This document shows, in pieces, positions 60,334-64,000 of a stretch of 64,000 bases of DNA (positions within the stretch are counted from its first letter, which is position 1; every line of letters starts with the position of its first letter). A program made the translations under genes and the position numbers. The notes below the pieces were generated by a model that was not told where the DNA came from, searched no databases, and worked only from the letters and a program-made list of their open reading frames with translations. The stretch covers positions 1 through 64,000 of IMG/VR virus record IMGVR_UViG_3300022555_000003; one strand, given 5' to 3'. This DNA comes from a virus. Its lineage: Duplodnaviria; Caudoviricetes.

Positions 60334-60918
60334 ATGAAAAAAATATCTAGTGACATAGATTTAGATTTTGCTGATAGAAATGAGGCATTGAAATTTCTTG
60401 AGCACACACCTGCTAGTCAATATACAAACAAAGAACTAGTGCGTCATAATTCTGGAATATATGTTACATTAATACCGCAAGATGAAATACTTGGTATTAG
60501 TAGTTTTGAATATAAAAAAGCTGAAGAGTTAGGTTACATAAAACTAGACTTTTTAAATAATCATGTTTATTCAATGATTAATAGTAATGAGGAATTAGAT
60601 AAGCTAATAGAAATTGAACCACCGTGGCGTAAATTAGCTGATGAAGAATTTGTTAAGCAGATTATTCATATCAATAATTATTTCAATCTTATAAAGAAGT
60701 TAAAAGAACCAATTGATTCAATTGAAAAAATGGCTATGTTTTTAGCTATTATTCGACCAGCAAAAAAACATTTAATAGGTTTACCGTGGGGTGAAGTTAG
60801 AAAAACTGTGTGGGATAAGTCAGTTGATGGAACTTACGGGTTCAAAAAGCCTCATGCTATTTCTTATGCGACTCTTATTGGAGTACAAATGGTACTACTA
60901 AGTGGGCCGCTTCATTAG
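60334..60918 (+). CDS. Short DnaE (Pol III alpha)-like protein
   Basis: SDIDLDF, HNSG, KLDFL, YGFKKPHAISY motifs of the C-family polymerase core. Confidence 0.75.
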   Translation: MKKISSDIDLDFADRNEALKFLEHTPASQYTNKELVRHNSGIYVTLIPQDEILGISSFEYKKAEELGYIKLDFLNNHVYSMINSNEELDKLIEIEPPWRKLADEEFVKQIIHINNYFNLIKKLKEPIDSIEKMAMFLAIIRPAKKHLIGLPWGEVRKTVWDKSVDGTYGFKKPHAISYATLIGVQMVLLSGPLH

Positions 60919-61281
60919 AATAATTGATCTACGTTTACTTTTAGTTTTTGCTAGTTCTGCTAAACTTATAATGGGACCATGCATAATAATAGTATCTTTG
61001 GTGTTGAATACTTTTATATAACGCCTAAATATATCCCATTCTTTTCCTAAGAATATGTTAATTGGGATCTTTCTATTACTCTCCCAATACCATGAATCTC
61101 CTAGTTTTAAAAATAGTTTTCGCTCCTCGACATTCTTAATATCTCCAAAATTATATAAGCTAGTAACAAATGAATCTTGATTTTGTATAATTCCTATAAA
61201 TTCTGAATCACCATAACTGAGAATTGTTATGAACGGATATTTGTTCAATAATTGTTCGAAAACAACTGATGTATTGTTCAT
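60898..61281 (-). CDS. Conserved-type hypothetical protein
   Basis: WYWESNRKIPINIFL. Confidence 0.55.
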   Translation of the reverse strand: MNNTSVVFEQLLNKYPFITILSYGDSEFIGIIQNQDSFVTSLYNFGDIKNVEERKLFLKLGDSWYWESNRKIPINIFLGKEWDIFRRYIKVFNTKDTIIMHGPIISLAELAKTKSKRRSIILMKRPT

Positions 61282-61340
61282 TGCTATTATTTATTGAAAA
61301 TTTCAGCTATACAAAAATTTGGTTCTTGATAAATAATTGT

Positions 61341-61862
61341 ATGGAAACAATAAGAATTTTTGTCTACGATCAAATTTTAAATTTGCAAATCGCTGATGAC
61401 AATACTTTAAATATCGAGGACAGAATTGTGTATACAAAACCTATAAATTTATTCAAAGGGATCGATAATGTAATAAAAGTACTTATTAAGAATTCAGATC
61501 AAAAAGTTGTTGATATTACTACTTTAACTTTTTATGCTGAGTTAGTAAAGTCACCACAACAAGATTTCGTAGGATCATTTACTTTAGTTACTACATCGGC
61601 TCTATTAGGCGAAGCCAAACTTACCATACCAGCATATATCCTCAATCCTCAAGAAATTGGCAATTACTATATCTTAATAAAATATTCAAGTGGTGGGAAT
61701 GATATTCCTGCATTTGCTGATGACAACTATCAAATCGCAATTCCATCTTACTTGTCATTAGGTTATAGAGTACCTGGTGATGTATATGATTTAAGTGATA
61801 ATTTAGATCTTGGTAGCATTCCAGAACTTGAAGATGAAATTAGAGACCTAGGAGCATTATAA
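61341..61862 (+). CDS. Late structural protein (BppU-N/Ig-like)
   Basis: Start after GATAAATA; KGIDNVIK.LIKNSDQK. Confidence 0.45.
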   Translation: METIRIFVYDQILNLQIADDNTLNIEDRIVYTKPINLFKGIDNVIKVLIKNSDQKVVDITTLTFYAELVKSPQQDFVGSFTLVTTSALLGEAKLTIPAYILNPQEIGNYYILIKYSSGGNDIPAFADDNYQIAIPSYLSLGYRVPGDVYDLSDNLDLGSIPELEDEIRDLGAL

Positions 61863-63587
61863 ATGGCTAAGAGATTACAAATACGTGGTGGTACAAATGC
61901 ACAAAATAATGCTTTTACTGGAGCAGAACGTGAGTTATCAGTAGATACAGATAATTGGCAGATACGAATACATGATGGTGTTACTGTTGGCGGAAATGCC
62001 GCAGCGGGATTTGTTGGCTCAACTGGGCCATTGGGTTTAACTGGCTCAACTGGGCCAATAGGATTACCTGGAGCAACCGGCGCTGGAGCTACTGGTTTAA
62101 CTGGTTCAACTGGAGCAACTGGATCTATCGGACTAACCGGAGCAACTGGTTCTGGTGCAACAGGGTTTGATGGAGCAACTGGTCCATTGGGTTTAACTGG
62201 CTCAACTGGTCCAATAGGATTACCTGGAGCAACAGGCATCGGAGCAACTGGATTAACTGGAGCTATTGGATCAATTGGACTAGATGGTGCAACTGGCGCT
62301 GGAGCTACTGGAGCAACTGGTCCAATAGGATTACCTGGAGCAACAGGCATCGGCGCAACTGGTATTGGAGCTACTGGATTAACTGGTTTAACTGGTAACG
62401 TAGGAGCTACAGGTGTTGGATCTACAGGTTTCTCGGGTGCAACTGGTGTTATTGGAAATGCTGGATCAACTGGGATAATTGGTTTAATTGGCTCTACTGG
62501 AATAATTGGTTTAACTGGCTCTACTGGTTTAATTGGTGCAACTGGTTCTGGAGCAACGGGTATCACTGGATCAACTGGAGCTATTGGATTAAAGGGTGCT
62601 ACTGGTTCTGGAGCTACTGGAGCTACTGGCTTAACTGGATTAACTGGTAATGTTGGAGCTACAGGTCCAATTGGTGCAACTGGTACTGAAGGTGCTACTG
62701 GCAACCGAGGAGCTACAGGTATTACTGGAGCTACTGGTTCTGGAGCAACAGGTATTACTGGATCTACTGGACTTACTGGTTCTACTGGACTTACTGGATC
62801 TACTGGTTCTGGAGCAACAGGTATTACTGGATCAACTGGAGCTATTGGATTAAAGGGTGCTACTGGTTCTGGAGCTACTGGAGCTACTGGCTTAACTGGA
62901 TTAACTGGTAATGTTGGAGCTACAGGCGCTGGAGCAACAGGTATTACTGGATCGACTGGGGCAACAGGTATATTTGGTTCTACAGGTCCAATTGGTTCTA
63001 CAGGTCCAATAGGAGCAACTGGACTTTTTGGAGCAACTGGACTTTTTGGAGCAACTGGACTTTTTGGAGCAACTGGACCCGGTGCAACCGGACCAGCTGG
63101 AGCAACAGGTATTACTGGATCAACAGGACCATTAGCTGCTAATTATGGATCGTATATCGGATTAGCAACGCAAACAAATATGGCTGGTGCAACTGGTGCC
63201 AATGTTGTTACATTAGATTCATCGCTTATTCGGTCTGGGGTTACAATTGAAAGTACATCACATATAAAAGTGTTAAGCAATGGAATTTATAATTTACAAT
63301 TTTCTTTCCAGCTATTTACTACAAGTATTAATAGTCCTATTAGTATTTGGTTAAGTAAAGGTGGAGTTAATGTTCTTGCATCTAATACTGTTATTACAGT
63401 ACCTGGTAATTCAACTAATAGTTTTGCGGCTTGGAATTTTATGATTCCATTATTAGCAAATGAGTATGTAGAACTATATTGGAATTCCACTGATACTGGT
63501 ATGACAATATTACATTCAGCAGCAGGAACAAATCCAACAATACCCGAAGCACCAGCTGTTATAGTTACAATTAATCAAGTTGCATAA
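61863..63587 (+). CDS. Collagen-like fibre protein
   Basis: N-terminal LQIRGGT...GELSVDTD..RIHDG (Mtd-N-like); long G-X-T triplets; C-terminal globular domain. Confidence 0.85.
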   Translation: MAKRLQIRGGTNAQNNAFTGAERELSVDTDNWQIRIHDGVTVGGNAAAGFVGSTGPLGLTGSTGPIGLPGATGAGATGLTGSTGATGSIGLTGATGSGATGFDGATGPLGLTGSTGPIGLPGATGIGATGLTGAIGSIGLDGATGAGATGATGPIGLPGATGIGATGIGATGLTGLTGNVGATGVGSTGFSGATGVIGNAGSTGIIGLIGSTGIIGLTGSTGLIGATGSGATGITGSTGAIGLKGATGSGATGATGLTGLTGNVGATGPIGATGTEGATGNRGATGITGATGSGATGITGSTGLTGSTGLTGSTGSGATGITGSTGAIGLKGATGSGATGATGLTGLTGNVGATGAGATGITGSTGATGIFGSTGPIGSTGPIGATGLFGATGLFGATGLFGATGPGATGPAGATGITGSTGPLAANYGSYIGLATQTNMAGATGANVVTLDSSLIRSGVTIESTSHIKVLSNGIYNLQFSFQLFTTSINSPISIWLSKGGVNVLASNTVITVPGNSTNSFAAWNFMIPLLANEYVELYWNSTDTGMTILHSAAGTNPTIPEAPAVIVTINQVA

Positions 63588-63637
63588 TACAACTTTATAA
63601 AATTTATAAAGCATTATTTTTTGTACTAAGTAATTGT

Positions 63638-64000
63638 ATGAAACAAAAATTTACATTTCACTGTTTGGGTATTCCACATACAATTACCAATAAAGATTTT
63701 TCACATTGCGCTTACACCGCAAAAAATTTTAAGTTTTGTAAAATGATGAGAGCACTTGGTCACACTGTAATTCATTATGGCTGTGAAGGATCAACAGTAG
63801 AATGTGATGAACATGTTACTGTAACAACAATAGCAGATCTTGAAAAATCATACGGTCCAAACTTTAGAAGTAAAGATCAATTTTTTAAATTTGATATGAA
63901 TGATCATGTTTATCAAGAATTTTACAAAAATGCAATTAGAGAGATTGGAAAAAGAAAACAAAAAAATGATTTCTTACTTCCGTTTTGGGGAGCAGGACAT
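63638..64000 (+). CDS. Glycosyltransferase (GT-B/GT4-like), 3'-partial
   Basis: FHCLGIPHT...FCKMM..LGHTVIHYG; frame open to the window end. Confidence 0.6.
   Translation, partial: MKQKFTFHCLGIPHTITNKDFSHCAYTAKNFKFCKMMRALGHTVIHYGCEGSTVECDEHVTVTTIADLEKSYGPNFRSKDQFFKFDMNDHVYQEFYKNAIREIGKRKQKNDFLLPFWGAGH

Noticed and set aside
61763-62704. 313-aa Pro-rich minus-strand ORF
   Set aside because: Antisense shadow of the Gly-X-Thr collagen repeats
832-63490. Numerous 60-160 aa ORFs antisense to or overlapping long genes (e.g. 2514..2867, 18541..18984, 21313..21741, 30828..31307)
   Set aside because: No RBS or recognisable motifs; shadows of well-supported genes
1-64000. Genome-wide stop-codon reassignment
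   Set aside because: Core genes are full length in code 11 and TAG/TGA end conserved genes; isolated in-frame stops (43280, 44812) are better explained as local lesions

Overview
AT-rich window from a large T4-superfamily-like (probably jumbo) myophage, read in standard code 11. It holds the end of a tail-fibre module, primase and Nudix genes, neck and tail-completion genes, sheath and tube genes, and a cluster of probable internal head proteins. It also holds a terminase large subunit broken into three ORFs joined by two atypical split inteins, gp32/UvsX/UvsY/UvsW, two tnpB genes, nucleotide-metabolism genes (dNMP kinase, dCMP deaminase, PNK, ThyX) and six tRNAs. A sigma70-driven early region contains tandem arrays of small paralogous ORFs, and the window ends with a mini DnaE-like ORF, a collagen-like fibre and a partial glycosyltransferase. 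Strongest candidates for novelty: (1) an operon in which two covarying ~70-nt Y-RNA-like hairpins flank tRNA-Glu directly upstream of a TROVE-like/TerD protein; (2) the tripartite, doubly trans-spliced TerL; (3) a 265-bp inverted repeat bracketing a probably invertible 4.1-kb neck/tail segment; (4) arrays of 60-80 aa 'ALRW' cassettes with DNA-level conserved 3' ends; (5) a repeated ~85-nt hairpin element fused to early promoters. All annotations come from motif recognition by eye; no database searches were run.
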